Assembly (NCBI GenBank): GCA_028534125.1
Contig: CM052818.1
Coordinates: 30,568,001-30,632,000 of the forward strand
Length of the DNA: 64,000 nucleotides
Source of the DNA: Lama glama
Taxonomy: Eukaryota
Direction: 5' to 3'
In this document: in pieces, positions 11,817 to 26,000 of the stretch
Layout of the letters: every line of letters starts with the position of its first letter
How positions within the stretch are numbered: position 1 is the first letter of the stretch
Translations under genes and position numbers: made by a program
The notes under the pieces: model-generated
The model's input: only the letters and a program-made list of their open reading frames with translations
What the model was told of the DNA's origin: nothing
Database searches by the model: none

Positions 11817-13679
11817 TTTCTAATAACTTGAGGGATGCTGAATATTGTGAAGGCTACATTGTTACTTGTCTGTATGTAATTGCCTTCCTTTAAAGAGGGT
11901 TGAGGTTTGTTAACTTACTTGTGAATCATCTTGATCTTTTGGGGGGATTGATTTAGCATTTTGTTAGGAAGGTGGTCTTCACTCTACAAACAAATGATTC
12001 CTACCACTAAAGCATGACATCCAGGTAGAGTTGTCCAGCAGGGAGGAAATGCAGATCGGAAGTTCCTGTCTTTGCTGGAGATCTAGATTTGGGTGTCCTC
12101 AACTAGCGGGTAGTAAGTGAAGAATCTCAGACTGGATTTGTAAAGCCAGTGCAAACACAGCTCTAGGGAGCTGAGAGCTTACCCTGGTTACCATGGAGAG
12201 TGCTTCAGTGGTATGGGTGGTTCCTGCATGGTGATCAGTTGAAAACTGAAGCATGATTACAATTTAATTTTTAACCTAACAGGGAGGTGATAAATACCTC
12301 TTCAGCAAGCATAGGGTGCACTGTCACACTAATGTATCACCATACATCACCGTGTTCTAGGAATCAGGAAACACCCTGCAAAGTGGACAGATGAAAACAG
12401 TGCGTACCTTTCATTGGAACAGCTGGTAGGACAGGGCAGGGGTAGACAGAGGCATACTGAGTGAGTCTCCTGAAAGGCAGTGAGTAGGAGCTAAGGGTGA
12501 AGGTTGTAGAAAGTGCCTTTGAAAGGAAGAAGAGGGAGAAAGGGAAAGACGGGTGGAGCCTGAAGTAGGGACAAGAGGAGAAAATTAATAGGGATAAAGC
12601 AATTGAGAGAGTTGGTACAAAAAGATGAAGAGTGAAGTAAACAGTAGGCGGCAAGAGGCCAATCTGAGAGGAGGAAGCCAGGTCAGAGAAAGAAGGAAGA
12701 GAAAAAAAAAGAGGGGTACAAAACAAAAGAAGAAGGCAGTCAAGGAAGTCTGAATACTGAATCAGAGAAGGGAAGAGGAAATAGATAATGAACCAGGGAG
12801 TGAAGAATGAGAGAAAGGCGGCAAGTAGAAGGGGAGAGAGAAAGAACCGCATCTAGGTGTTCTGAGTGCAACTGCACTTCCAGTGGCGCCCTCATGGAAC
12901 ACTCACCTGCTCCGGGAGATGGGAAAGGGCATCCTGCAGCAAAAGTCCTAGACGTTAGCCTGAGTCTGGGTCAGCTCCAGGGCTCCCAGGAAAGAGGAGA
13001 GGCCAGGGTGGATCGACAGGATCACTATGCGCCTCTTTAACAGACGCAGGGGCGACCCAGGGATGCAGAGGGGTCCCGGAGGAACTAGGGCCCGGGAGAG
13101 GCTGGTACCTGCTTGGGAGCGAGATAGTGTGGAGAGGGCACTGAAGCTAAAAGTGGCCAAGAAGCAGGGCGCCCCAAATCAGAAGGCCTGGCGGAAATGA
13201 GAAGTGCCTGGATGCTGAGCCCAGGATCAAAGGAAGGTTGCAGGGCTGGGTGGAAGCCAGAAGGGAGTGCAGGAGTGTAGGGAACCAGATGGGGTGGGGA
13301 AATCCTGGCTTGGGATGGTCTGAGGGTGGGGGCTGCGTGGCGACCACACAGAGTGTGTGTTAGGGCAGGATAACAACCCTGGCTAAATCGTCCCTGTGGT
13401 TTTCTATTTCCTAGTCTCAGAAGTTGCAGCATCAGAGGTTGATGGCTGAAAAAAAATATATCTGCGAAGGGCAGTTAAAGGAGGAGAACAGTGGCAGGTG
13501 ACGGAGAGGGCGGGAGTGCAGGCGAAGGCACGAATATGGGCTAATGGAAGGGCTTCACGAAAGCCTTCGTCCACTCTCCTCCCTGGCTGTTTTTGCTAAG
13601 TGCCAGCCCTGCGAAAGGGGCATCGGTGCTGGGTCGAGCCAGGGCGGGCTGGCTGTGCTGAGATAGGAGGCAAGATGGA

Positions 13680-13740
13680 GGGGCGGGAGCCAAGGCCGAA
13701 GGGGCGGACACGGGGTGGCGTCTAGCTTTCCATAAAGGGG
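13680..13740 (+). promoter_or_regulatory. SRD5A2 core promoter: Sp/KLF GC boxes and TATA-like CATAAA
   Basis: GGGGCGGG (13680-13687), GGGGCGGA (13701-13708) and CATAAAGGGG (13731-13740), about 60-70 nt upstream of the ATG. Confidence 0.7.
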
Positions 13741-13799
13741 CCGTGGGGGCCGCGCTCTTCTCTGCGCGGGCGGTGGCCTCAGGCGGGGAACACGGCGCG

Positions 13800-14080
13800 A
13801 TGCCTGTTCTATGCCAGCAGAGCCCAGTGCTGGCAGGCAGCGCCGCTTTGGCTGCCCTGGGGTTGCTGGTCCTGTACCTCGCAGAGCCCTCTGGTTACGG
13901 GAAGCACTCGGAGACCCTGATGCCCGCGGCTATCCGGCTGCCGGCCCGCGCCGCCTGGTTCCTGCAGGAGCTGCCCTCCTTCGTGGTACCCGCGGGGATC
14001 CTCGCTGGGCAGCCTCGCTCTGTTTTCGGCCCGCCTGCGACTGTGCTTCTGGGCCTCTTCTGCGCACATTACTTCCACAG
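13800..14080 (+). CDS. SRD5A2: SRD5A2 coding exon 1 (aa 1-94)
   Basis: ATG at 13800 in context GCGCGATG; translates MPVLCQQSPVLAGSAALAALGLLVLYLAEPSGYGKH...AWFLQELPSF...HYFHR; donor CAG|GTAGCG at 14080/14081. Confidence 0.98.
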
Positions 14081-17000
14081 GTAGCGTTTTCCCCTGCGGG
14101 TGCCAAGGGAGGCGCACTGCCAGGCTCCCGGTATCCAAGAGCGCAGCTCCAGCGCGCACAGAGGCTCGCAGAGTGGCTCGCACGGGCTGCTGCAAGGAGC
14201 GCAGAGTGCCGCGCGGGAAGCACCTGGCGGGGCGGGGACTGCGGGAGGAACGCGGGCAAGTGGAGAGGCGATCGTGGGCAGACACCGCCTTCACTCTCCA
14301 CAGCCGGTGCGCGTCTTGGGTCCACTTTAAATCCTCTGACGGCTCAAGGTGAAAGAGGTAGAGCCGGGTGGTAGACGAGCTGGAAAGCTCAGACGGTTGA
14401 GGCAGAGCTGTTGGCCCAGACGGTTCCCTCTCCAACTCTGCTCGGTCCAGCGTCACTTGGTGTCTCGCTCATCACCCTTTCTCTTTCTTCCTTCACTTTT
14501 TTTACTCTCCCAGGGTTGTGGGCGGGCTGGTTCTGGGATCTTGAGGGAGTCTTAAGTATTGGCATCTCCCAAAGGGAACTCGGCACAGAGGGATTGGATC
14601 AATTTATTTTGGCAGGGAGATGGGCAGAGCCAGATCGCAGGCTTCAAGGTGGGAAAGAGGACGTAAGGGGAACCCACTGGCCTGAGCAAAAGCCTCATTT
14701 CTCAAGGCCCACCGGAAAGGGACTGCGCTCACCACCAACTCCTTTCAAGTTTCCGTGGCACATAGGTGTGAATGGGTTGAAGTTAACCCAGAGCCCAGAT
14801 GTGTTGGATAAAACCCCCAAGTTTAGGAAAACTTTGCCTTCAGTTCTGAGAAAAAAAACAAAGGGCTTTCAGGATTTGGAGAATGCTCAAAAAGACTCAT
14901 AGAGGAAGGAAAGAGCACATGATTCAGTTGCCTATCATACCCAGTCATTTAGTATCTGTTGTCCCATGTAGCCCCATTGTAACTTGTGAGATGCGTATTT
15001 ATTGTGCCCACTTTATAGGCAAAGAAACTGAGGCTGTGGAAGGTTAAGTGACTCAGTGAAGATGATACAGCTAGTACCCAGCCAGATTCAAATCTAAGCC
15101 TGTGAAACTCCATGGTTCAAGACCTTTTCACTTTGTTAAGCAGGCAGATACTCTGAATCCATGGAGAGAGAAAAGTTGCCAAACCAAATCAAGAACTGGA
15201 ACAGAATCACAGCCTAATTTTGAGTAGGGAATTTATAAGGCCAAAAACAATCAAGGAAATCTAGATTAGAAATTAGGATGAAGAATTCATCTGGAAGCTG
15301 AAAGGCATGATCCTCTCTGGTAAGGGAAAAGTGTTGCCTCATTTTGGGAAAAGGAAGTGTAAAGAAACAAGTTTTAAACTGTCTTTCCTTATAATCCTTT
15401 CTTATCCTCTGGATCTTTTTTATCAGTCAAGATTTAATATTTATGCAATTTTAACTGAATTACCACTCTTTTAATAAGAGAATTATTGGCAAGCAATAAG
15501 AACTAAAATTTCATAAATAAATGTCCTTTCTGCAGGTATTTACTAACCATTTTACCCAGATTTAGGTGGTTCAGTTTGCACAGAAATAAAGATGTTGGAT
15601 ACAGGAGATGAGGCCAGCTTTTGTTTTCACTATTTTTGGAAAAGACATTTGACAGAATGTGATTTTATCTGACAATTACTTTTATCTTCTAGTTAACTAT
15701 TGTCTGATAGCACCATAAACAATATTTTATGAGTTCATTTCATCTTACAGTAATGTTAGTGTTTTCTAACAAGCCTATTAACATAAGTTTTAGACTTGTT
15801 TTTAAAGCCAAAAGGTACTTTGCCTCAATAAATTATGATCAGTACATTAAAAAACCGAGAAAGTAATTACTCATAAAATGAATATCAACATACTGTCCAT
15901 CTTCTTCAGGGGAAAATTTAAAATATGAGTAAAGGATTTAGGAATTGATTCTTCATGAGGGAAAATTCCCCACTGAGAACACAACTCTGGGTGAGTGCAT
16001 TGTTCCTGAGGCATAAAGATGTGATGTTTGTCCATCATTCCTCTTGTGTAAACTCTTTCTTTGAGGCCATTGGACTATTGAATTTGTTTTCATTTTGAGT
16101 GCTTACAAGGGATTGCACTCTTTGCTAAACACTATGTGAGTTATTTACTAATCCTCATGCCAGTCCATTTAGGTAGGCACCATTATTTATCATTCCAATT
16201 TTGCAGGTGGGAAACTGGTGCAAGAAAAGGTTAAATAACTTGCCCAAGGTCACACAGTGACAAGGAGCCAGGGTTCAGACTCAGGGAGTTTGAATCCGGA
16301 TCTCAGGCTCTTAGCTACCATGATAAGCTGTTTTGTATTTCTTCTTGTTGCCTCATTCTTGCCTTTTAAAAACTGTATTTAGGCTTAAATTAATTTTTTT
16401 AAATTATAAAAATAGCAAATGTTTACTAAATAAAAAATGGAAAATACAAATTAGAAAATTCTCATAATTTCAACATCTAAGTATATTGATTGCTAATGTT
16501 TTAGAACATTTTCATTAAGGCTTTCATTTTTCTTAGTACATTTTTATACATGCTTGCTCTACTGAATATTTATAGTTCTGCTTGATTACCTTTTATAATA
16601 AATATTTTCCCACATTAGCATAGAATCTTTGTAAGTATCATCTTAATGGCTGCTTGTTATTTCATTTCATGTGAAGACAGTAATTTACCTATCCATTAAT
16701 TTATAATTTTATAATAATTTAAATTAATTTTTAATATAATTTATATTAAATTGGACATTTAAATTTGCCTCTTTTTAGGGCACATTTTGCACCTAAATTC
16801 TTTTCAGAAGTCAGGACTATGCTCTTATCAGTATTCCCACAAGTAGTACAAAGGTTATGAGCAATTTTGCTTTGAGGTTTTATGAGTCATTTGGCTTGAC
16901 AGTGAGGGCTCGACAAGGAAAAAGCATCAGGCTGCCTTGGCTGTATTCATGTGCATAGCCATGACACAGAGTATAAGATGGAGGGACAAGTGTTCTGGAG

Positions 17001-20000
17001 AACGCTGGCTCAGCTGTGACCAAGACTCTTTTGAACAATGTCCTTTGGGGACTGTTCAGAAAAGCAAGATATCCCATTGGATAGAAGGGAAAACTCTGCA
17101 ATTTTCTGCATATGAGGGTGATATGCTAGAATGTGAGTTTCACAAGGATTTTTGTCTCATTTGTTCATGGCTGTGTCCTTGGTATCTAGAAAAGTTCTGG
17201 TACATAGTTGGTATTTGTTGAATGCATGAATAAACTCTACTTCTGACATCAGTATAGGCAGGCAGAATTATCAGAGAACTTGACATTACTTAGGAATCAT
17301 TGCTGAGATTGCATGGTTAGGTCAACTCAGATCATTCTCTTCCTTTTAGAATCTATTGTTGTGGATATTTGGATGGTTTAGCTACATAGAGATGAATGCT
17401 GTGTAAGCATGCTGCTTAATCCCACAGCTAAAGTTGTTTGAAGTCAGTTATCTCGCCTCTCATTGACTTTGACTAGCTCTGGAATCATCCTTTGCCAACA
17501 CTCTCTGATTGATCATTTTCTCAAGAAGCCTTAGTGTCTTTCTTATGCAACGGTCATCACACCGCCTATTCCTATGGCAACTGATTTTTTTTTCCAAAAC
17601 CTGGGTGTGTGACCTTCATATTTGGATGAAAAATAAAAATAAAAATCTCTTTTCAAAAAAGGTGACTATATTGTAACAAGTTGCTGACAGTGTGAACTTC
17701 CATGATGCACATCCATAAGCAGAGTGTAATGCACACATTAGAGTCTGAATTTAGAGAGAATTCTTCTGGCATTTAGATATTGAAAATGGTGACATTTCCT
17801 ATTCAACCAAATAAAATGATGGTTTCAATAAGGGGCCTTTTTGCTTGATGCTCAGTTTGTTCTCCAGCAGCATAAAGTCTTCCCCATTCTTCAAGACTCA
17901 GATCAGGCATCACTTCCTCCAAGAAGCCTTCTCTGAGTCCTTTCTCCTTTGTAAATCTAGGTGTGGTATCATACCTTGGGCTTTCATAGCAGCCATTGTG
18001 GCCTTCCACGAGGCACTTCACACACTGGATCATAATTCTCTGTTTTAAGGAAATTTCATCCTCATCTGTCCAGACTCCTCATTTTATAGAAGCAAAGCAC
18101 CAGAAGGTTTAGTTAGTTAGGGGCAAAGACAGGACTGGAACTTGTGTCTCCTGATGTGTCCTGCCAAGGCTTCCCCAATCTCTTAAGAAATGTAGATGTC
18201 TCAAATAATCAGAAATAAATAAACCTCATGAAGGAAATTGCTCATTGGCTGAGAATCAGAATGATGATTAATGCAGACATTGGAAACCATCTAGACAAAA
18301 CTCTCCTCTTATACATTGAGAAGAAAGGCCCAGGCAGAATAAACTGAATTCTTGTGGTCACTTAATCATGTGTTAAGGACATTCATGAGGCATAATTTGG
18401 GTCAATCAAGATTAACTGAAGGATTCTTTAAAATGGGGGTCAGCAAACAGTAAAAAAAAGCAAGATAGTAACTATTTTAGACTCTGTAGTCATACAGTCT
18501 CTGTCATAGTTACTTAACTATACTTAACAGCATGAAAACAGCCACAGACAATGTGTAGACAATGAGTGTGGTAATGTTCCAATAAAACTTTATTTATAAA
18601 AATAGGCCATTGGGTGTATTTGCCTGTGGGTCATAGTTTGCTAGCCCCCTCCTTAAGAAAACCATGAACTGCATTATCTTTCAATTCAGCACCCTGGTAA
18701 TTCTATTATAAAATTTTGTTAAATCCTATAGCAAAGCAGTGAGCATATTCTAGAAGAATTCTGCTACATTTAAATAGGAATTCAGTAGTAAACCTAATTT
18801 TCTAAGAATTCCTGAGTTCCAAGTCCTTTTATTTGAAACTTTATAGGAAATAGTAGGAGTCTTGGAGTTTACATTCTAGATAGGATGACATCATGAACAC
18901 ATCTGAAAATTACACAGCCATGTTTGCCAACAATGTAAACAAGCATTAGAGATCTTGACCACTTTTACCACATTGAAGAAAGGACTAACTTCTTTCTCAT
19001 TTTAAATCTAACTTAATGTCACTTAAAAAGCACAAACAAGATAAGGAAACAGTAATCCAAATTGGTGAAGTGATGTGTATGAGGTCACATGGGAGGAAGG
19101 GGCAGAGTCCCTGAACCTAGGTCTCTTGACTCTTTATCAGAGTTCCACATGCTCAGAACTGCGCTGGGTCCCTTGGGAGCACACAAAAGCAGTTCACTAG
19201 CTGGTGCTTGCCCTCCAGGAGGCAGGCAGAAAAACCCACCATAGTGTGCTTGACACTCTCTCTGGTGTGAAAGTTTGGTGGTGGCAATGTCAGTGTGAGG
19301 CCCAGGACAGGCGGGAAAATGCTAATTAAGGGACACGTGGACCTAAGAGGGGCCATGGTCATGACGCTGAACATGCTAAGGCCTCTGGTGCCTGTCTGTG
19401 TTTGAGCAGATGAGTGGGTGGGTTTTGAGGGAGCCCAAAAATGGCACCCTTCTTCCCCATCCAGATTCATAACCAGCTGAGACACAGACCCAGGAATTAG
19501 GCCACTAGAGAAAAATTACCACCCTTATTAGTGGTAAAGCTAGTTTGGAGCACAGGACTGACATTTTGGATCCTAACGCTGTCCCTCAAAGAGTACTCAG
19601 CAACAGTGATGGCTGAATACTGCAGGCCTTTCCCTCTGGTGCCTGTTCGGAAAAGACAGCAGAAGGAGAGAAGGGCTGAGCTGCACACACCCCTTGAGAG
19701 GTCCTGCTTTCAAATATACCAATCAGGTAGTTCACGTCTCCTTTCCTGAGGAGGGATGAGTGAAGGAGAGTGGAAAGGCTCAAATGAAGGGCCTTCAGCA
19801 AGCGGGAGGGGGAACATAAATGTTTTCTGTTATTAGATAAGACTGTGAAAGTTGTTTACCTGTTGATTTTTGCCAGAGCCTGGCAACTTGGTTCTGAACC
19901 TGGGACACTTCCCATTCTGCTTTTGACTCCTTGCCACAAATGGCAAAGGGGATATCAAAGTCTGGACTCAAGTTATTTAAAAAGTTGCTGCGCTCAACCC

Positions 20001-23000
20001 AGCAGCCTTTAAGGAGGCTCAGTTCATCCTAGGAGCTCTATATTTTAAAACCCTCTGAACTGGGGCCAATAGTGCAATTTGCCTTCCATTTGGTTATGGA
20101 AGGAGAATAAGGGAAGGGGAGACCAATATTTATTGGGCTCCGGGTGTTCCAGAAATTATGTTATGTATTTTACATCAGCTATCTCATTTTGTCCTGGAGA
20201 CAATTGCTGTTATTATTAATGCAATTTCACAAGTGATTGCACTCTGTCTGATTTCAGTGATTGGAGGGAGCAAGTGGGAGTGATGGGCAAGCGCTTGAGC
20301 TGGTCCTCAAAGGATGGTCTATTCCCAGATTTGTGGGTGGGAATGAGGTGTTCAGTCAGGGAAGAAGGCCTGTTTGGTGATCTATGACTTAAAATTGCCC
20401 TGTGCAACATATGTACTCTGTCTTAGAATACCTTTCCTCTTTTTAATACCAAATATCTTTTGTCTCTGTAACATAATATCTGGTCCTACCATCCAAACTT
20501 TAAATCAGGTCTGGGCCATTTTCAAAATTCTTCCATTATACTTGCTTCATATTGTCAAGGCTAATCCTAAAAGTTACCGTGAAGAAAATAAGGCAATTTT
20601 CCTTTGACATTTTTCCTACTTGACCATGAAAAATCACCAGATCCTTTTCTGTGTATAGACTTTCTCTCTTGCCTCTCTGTTCTCTTTTAACAGCAGTACT
20701 TGGTCTCACATCAGTTTCTCAGTGAATGTTCTTTACTTGCTCAAGTTACCTATCTGATAAATAGATCTAAATACTAGGGTATTGGGTTTTTTGTTTTCTT
20801 ATTATTGAATTTTGAAAGTTCTGTAAATATTCTGAATTCAAGTTCTTTACCAGATACATGATTTGCAAATATTTTTCCCAGTCTGTGTGGCTTGTCTTTT
20901 TCATTCTCTTAACTGTGTCTTTTGAAAAGCAGAGGTTTTTAAATTTTGATGAAGTCTAATTTTTCTATTTGTTTTCATTCAAATAGATCTAAAAAATCTT
21001 TGCCTAATCTTAGGTCACATGGGGTTTTTCTTATATTTTCTTATAGAAAATTTATAGTTTGGGGTTTAGCATTTATGTTTATGATCCATTTTGAGTTAAT
21101 TTTTACATAGGGTTAGAAATGTGAATCAAAGTTCTTTGTTTTTTTTGCATATGGGTATCCAGTTGTTCCAATATCATTTGTTGAAAGTACTTTTCTTTCT
21201 CTAATGAAATTGCTCCTGTACCTCATGATATAAACAGATACTTTGCTAAAGAAAACAGAATGTGAAAACATGCTCAACACCATTAGACATTAGGGAAATG
21301 CTGATTAAACCACAATGGGATACCAGTGTGCATCCAATAGAGTGGCTAAAATTACAAAGACTGACCAGACTAAGTTCTGGTGAGGATGTGGAAGAACTCG
21401 CACTCTTATACATTGTTGAAGGGAATGTAAAATGGCAACCACTTTGGAAAACGTTTTGACAGTCTCTTAAAAAGTTAAACATAAATCTACCATGTGACCT
21501 ACCCATTCCATTGCTAGCTATTTTTCTAAGCAAAATAAAAGCACATGTCCATACAAAGATTTGTATACAAATGGTTTTAGCAGCTTAATTTGTGGTAGCC
21601 AAAAACTAGAAACAACTCCAATGTTCATCAGCAAGTGAATGTGTAAACAAACTGTGGTATAAACATAGTAGAATACTACTTGGCAAGAAAAATGAATGAA
21701 CTATTGATGTGAGCTACCAACAGTGGATAAAACTTAAAATAATTATTCTGGGTAAAGGAGCCAAGCAAAAAAGAGTACGTACTTTATGATTCCATTTATA
21801 TAAAATTCTATGAAATTCAAACTAACATATGGTACATGAAGTACATCAGTTCTTTTCTGGGGACAAAGGGAGGGACAGGATGGGATTATGGAGGATATGA
21901 GCAAACTTTAGGAGGAGATTTACATGTTCACTATTTTGATATCATAAAATTTGTCAAATTGCACACTTTAAATATGCACAGTTGATTGTTAATTATACCT
22001 CAATAAAGCTAAAAAAAACTATAAGTAGGCCTATGAAAAAATTGTATGTATGTGTGGCCCTGTGTCACTGAGAATTATTCAAACTTTCTGTGAAGCTAAT
22101 CTGACAATGTTTAACAATAGCTGAAAAACTATTCACTTTTTCCCCCCAGGAATTTAATTTGGGGGAAACACCCAAGGGAAATAGTCCAAAAGAAAAAAAT
22201 TGATTAACACAAATTTATAGTGTTACTATTTGCAACTATAGAACACTGGAAGTTACTTAAATGCTCCATTACTAAGGGCTGATTGTAATAAATATAATTG
22301 AATATTATATATACTTCAAAAGTATTAGTCTTTTGGACTATATCTGTGACAGAAATAAATATATAAAGTCATTTAGTGAAAAAATAGTACACAATAAATT
22401 GTTCTCAAAAAGTCCACATCAACATGTATGAATTAATACTGATAATGATTAGAATATAAAGTGATATGAATAGCTAATACTTTGGGGTTGCAGATTTTAT
22501 GTGGTATATTTATAAAGTGTTTAATGGTGTAACTCCCAATAATAGAACAAATAATACTGATGTTACAAGATTTAAAAAGTTACCTTGCAAACTGACCATG
22601 CAATTAAATGTCAACAGAGCTCAAGACATTTCTACAAGTAGGGGTTGCTTTAAAGGAAAAGTCACCATTAATGTGTAAGATTTCCCCCACTAATCCACTA
22701 TGACATCACTAACTTCTGAAATTGTCTTTCATATTGATCCTTTGAGTTATGATGTTGAAGACCCCTGAAAATGCAACCATGTTACCTGGTAAATTATCAA
22801 TATGCAAACATCTTTTTGACATCTGTAGAATCCATGGGGATGTTCCTCTCTTACTTTTGATAATGGTTAATTTATGTCTTCTTCTTTCTTCCCCTAATCT
22901 GTCTAGCTAGAGTTTTATGAACTTCATTGATCTTTTCAAGGAACTAGATTTTAGTTTCATTGGATTTCTCTGTTGATTTTGCTGTTTCCTATTTGTTTTC

Positions 23001-26000
23001 TGACTTGATATTTATTATTTCCTCTTCCTCTTTGGGTTGGGTTTAATTTACTCTCCTTTTTCTAGTTTCTTAAGGCAGAAACTGAGGTTGTAGACCTCCT
23101 TTTTCTGATTTGGCATTGATTGCTATAAATTTCACACAAAATACTGCTTATGGTATCTCACAAATTCTAATATGTTGTTTTTATTTTTAATTTGTTTCAA
23201 AATACTGCTATTTCTCTTGTGATGTCTTCTTTGATCCATGGGCTATTTGGAAGGGTGCTGTTTGGTTTCCAAATGTTTAGGAATTTTCCAGATATTTTGT
23301 TATTAATTTCTAATTTAATTCCATTATGGACAGAGAACATGCTTTGTATGATTTAAATCCTTTTACTTGTTGAATTAAAACTTGTTTTATGGCCCAGAAT
23401 TTGGTCTATCTTGGTAAATGTTCTCTGTAACCTTGAAAAGAATGTATATTCTGCTGAAAGGGGTGTTCTGAAAATGTCCTTAGGTTAATTTGGTTGATAG
23501 TGCTTTTCAAATCTTCTGTATCTTGCTGATTTTGTCTGCTTTTTCTGTAATTGTTGAGAGAGGAGTATCAATATGTCTGATTAAAATTGTGGACTTTCCT
23601 ATTTTTCCTTACAGTTCGTCAGTTTTTGCTTCATGTATTTTGAAGCTCTGTTGCATAACAGATAAAAAGATGCATGAACTCTGATGTGTAAACATTTAGA
23701 ATTGTTATGTCCTTGATGAATCGACTCTTTTATCATTATTCCTTTATTATCATTACATTTATTCCTGGTAATATTCTTTGCTCTGTAATCTACTTTTGTA
23801 TAATATTAATATAGTCACTATGGCTTTCTTTTTATAAGGGTTGACAGGGTATAATTTTTTCACCATTTTACTTTCCATCTATCTCTGTGTTTAAATTCAG
23901 TGTATATTTCTTGAATGTAGCATATGGTTGAGTCTTGCTTTTTGTCAATACTGACAATCTCTGCTTTTTAACTGGGAGTGTCAGAATGCTTATATCTAAT
24001 GGTATTATTTATGTAGTTTGATTTAAATCTATCAAGTTGCTGTTTGTTCCTATTTGTCTCTCTTATTTGTTCCCATTTCCTCTTTATCTTCCATCTTTTG
24101 GATATAGTGCTATTTTATTCCATTTTATGTTTTTTATTAGCTTATTAACAATAACTTTTGTTAGTTTGATTAAAACTTTAAAGCATGTACCTTAAATTTA
24201 TCACTGTTTACTTTCAAGTGATAATACACCACTTCATGTATAGTGTACAGATATGAAATAATGTACTTCCATTTCTTCTTTATGCTATTGTTACTTGTTT
24301 TATTTATACACATGCTCTAAGAAGCTTCAACATATTGATGTTATTTTTGTTTGAACAGTCAACTATCTTTTAAAGAGATTGAAATAATAAGAAAGTGTGT
24401 ATTTGCCTGTGTATTTGCCATTTCTGATGCTCTTTACTTTGGATGGGGGTTGATCTTTATTTCTATTGATATTAGTTTTTCTTTTGCCTGAAAAATGTCA
24501 GTTTTTAGGACAGTTTTTTCATATTTTGAATATCTGAAAATGTCTTCATGTCTCCTTTGTTTCTGAGGATATAGAATTCTAGATATAGCATTCTAGATTG
24601 ACAGCTATTTTCTTTTAGTACTTTAAAGATGTTGCTCCACTGTCATCTCGCTTGCATTGTTTTCATAAAGAAACCTGCTGCCCTCCTTGTCTTTGTTCCT
24701 CTGTACATAACTCTTTTTATCTGGCTGCTTTTAATATTTTCTCCTTATGACTGGTTTTGAGCAATTTGATCAGTATATTCCTTGGTGCAGCTTTCTTCAT
24801 GTTTCTTACGCTGGGGTTCTTTAAACTTCTTGGATCTGTGGGTTTAAATTTTTAATTAAATTTGGACAACTTTTGTACATTATTCTTAATTTCCCCTCTT
24901 CTCTCTCCTATTATTCAGGGTCTTCAATTATATATCTTTGAGACCCACATGTATGTGAAATTGTCTTGCAGATCACTGACACTTCTTTCTTGTTTTTATT
25001 CTTTTTTTTTTCAGTGTGTTTCTTTTGGTTAGTTTCTGTTGCTATGTCTTCAAGTTTATAATCTTTTCTTTTGTGATGTTTTATCTATTGTTAATCCTAT
25101 TCTGGGGTATTTTCATCTCAGACATTGTAGTTTTCATCTCTAGAAGTTTGATTTTGGTCTTTTTTTCTATCTTCCATGTCTCTACTTAATTTTATGTACA
25201 TATGAAATACAGTCGTAATAGCTGTTTTAATGTCATTGTCTGCTAATTCTAACATTTATATAATTTCTGTGTCAGTTTTGATTGATTATTATTCTCATTA
25301 TAAGCAGTGTTTTCCTGCTTCTTTGCATGACTAGTGATCTTTGATTGGATTGTCAGACATTGTACCTTGCTGGCTGTTGGATATTTTTCTGTTCTATAAA
25401 TATTCTTGAGCTTTGTTCTGGGGTGCAGTTAAGTTACTTGGAAATAATTTGACCCTTTTAGCTCTTGATCTGATTTGTTAGGTGCTCGTAGAAGAGTGCT
25501 AGTGCAGGGGCAAATTAATCCCTTCCTGAGCTAAGCCTTTCTGAGTACTCTACTCAATGTCCCATGTAGTATGAATTTTTTTTATCTGGCTGGTGGGAAA
25601 GGGCTCAGTTCCTGACCATGTATGAGCACTGGGCACTGGTCCTTTTAATCTTTTTGAGCGATCCTTTTCTCATACAACTGCACTAATTAATATTCTACTG
25701 AATACTTGAGAAGGACCCTCTGCAGGACTCTGTGCATCTCTCTCCACTTCAGTACTCTGACCTAAGAATTCTAGATGTCTTGATTCCTGGAATTTCAGTT
25801 CTGTTTCCTTAACTCAGGAAACTCTAGCTTCTGTCTGGAATCCCCTTTCCTGGAAAGAGAAATTTTCTCAAAGCAGTAAACTGGGTTATTTATAAGGCTC
25901 ACATCATTTTTTTTCTTGTCTATAAGTGATTCCTGCCTTTTATTGCTTACGTCCAATATTTCATGTAATTTGTCTTGTTGTTTATATTTTCATTTTCCAG

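Larger units (their letters stand above)
13480..14330. promoter_or_regulatory. CpG island spanning the SRD5A2 promoter, exon 1 and start of intron 1
   Basis: Visibly GC- and CpG-dense compared with the AT-rich, CpG-depleted background; boundaries approximate. Confidence 0.85.

Noticed and set aside
12364..12852. 162-aa membrane-protein-like minus-strand ORF
   Set aside because: Produced by a purine-rich (GA) low-complexity tract on the + strand; no ATG start or homology.
13743..13799. 19-aa in-frame N-terminal extension of SRD5A2 from a GTG
   Set aside because: The GTG lies just after the TATA-like box, near or upstream of the likely transcription start; the ATG at 13800 gives the canonical 254-aa protein.
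13809..14902. Several long overlapping ORFs on both strands around exon 1
   Set aside because: Expected from stop-codon scarcity in a CpG island; no coherent protein features.
16730..16750. AT-only inverted repeat TTTAATATAA-T-TTATATTAAA
   Set aside because: A 10-bp stem in very AT-rich sequence is expected by chance.
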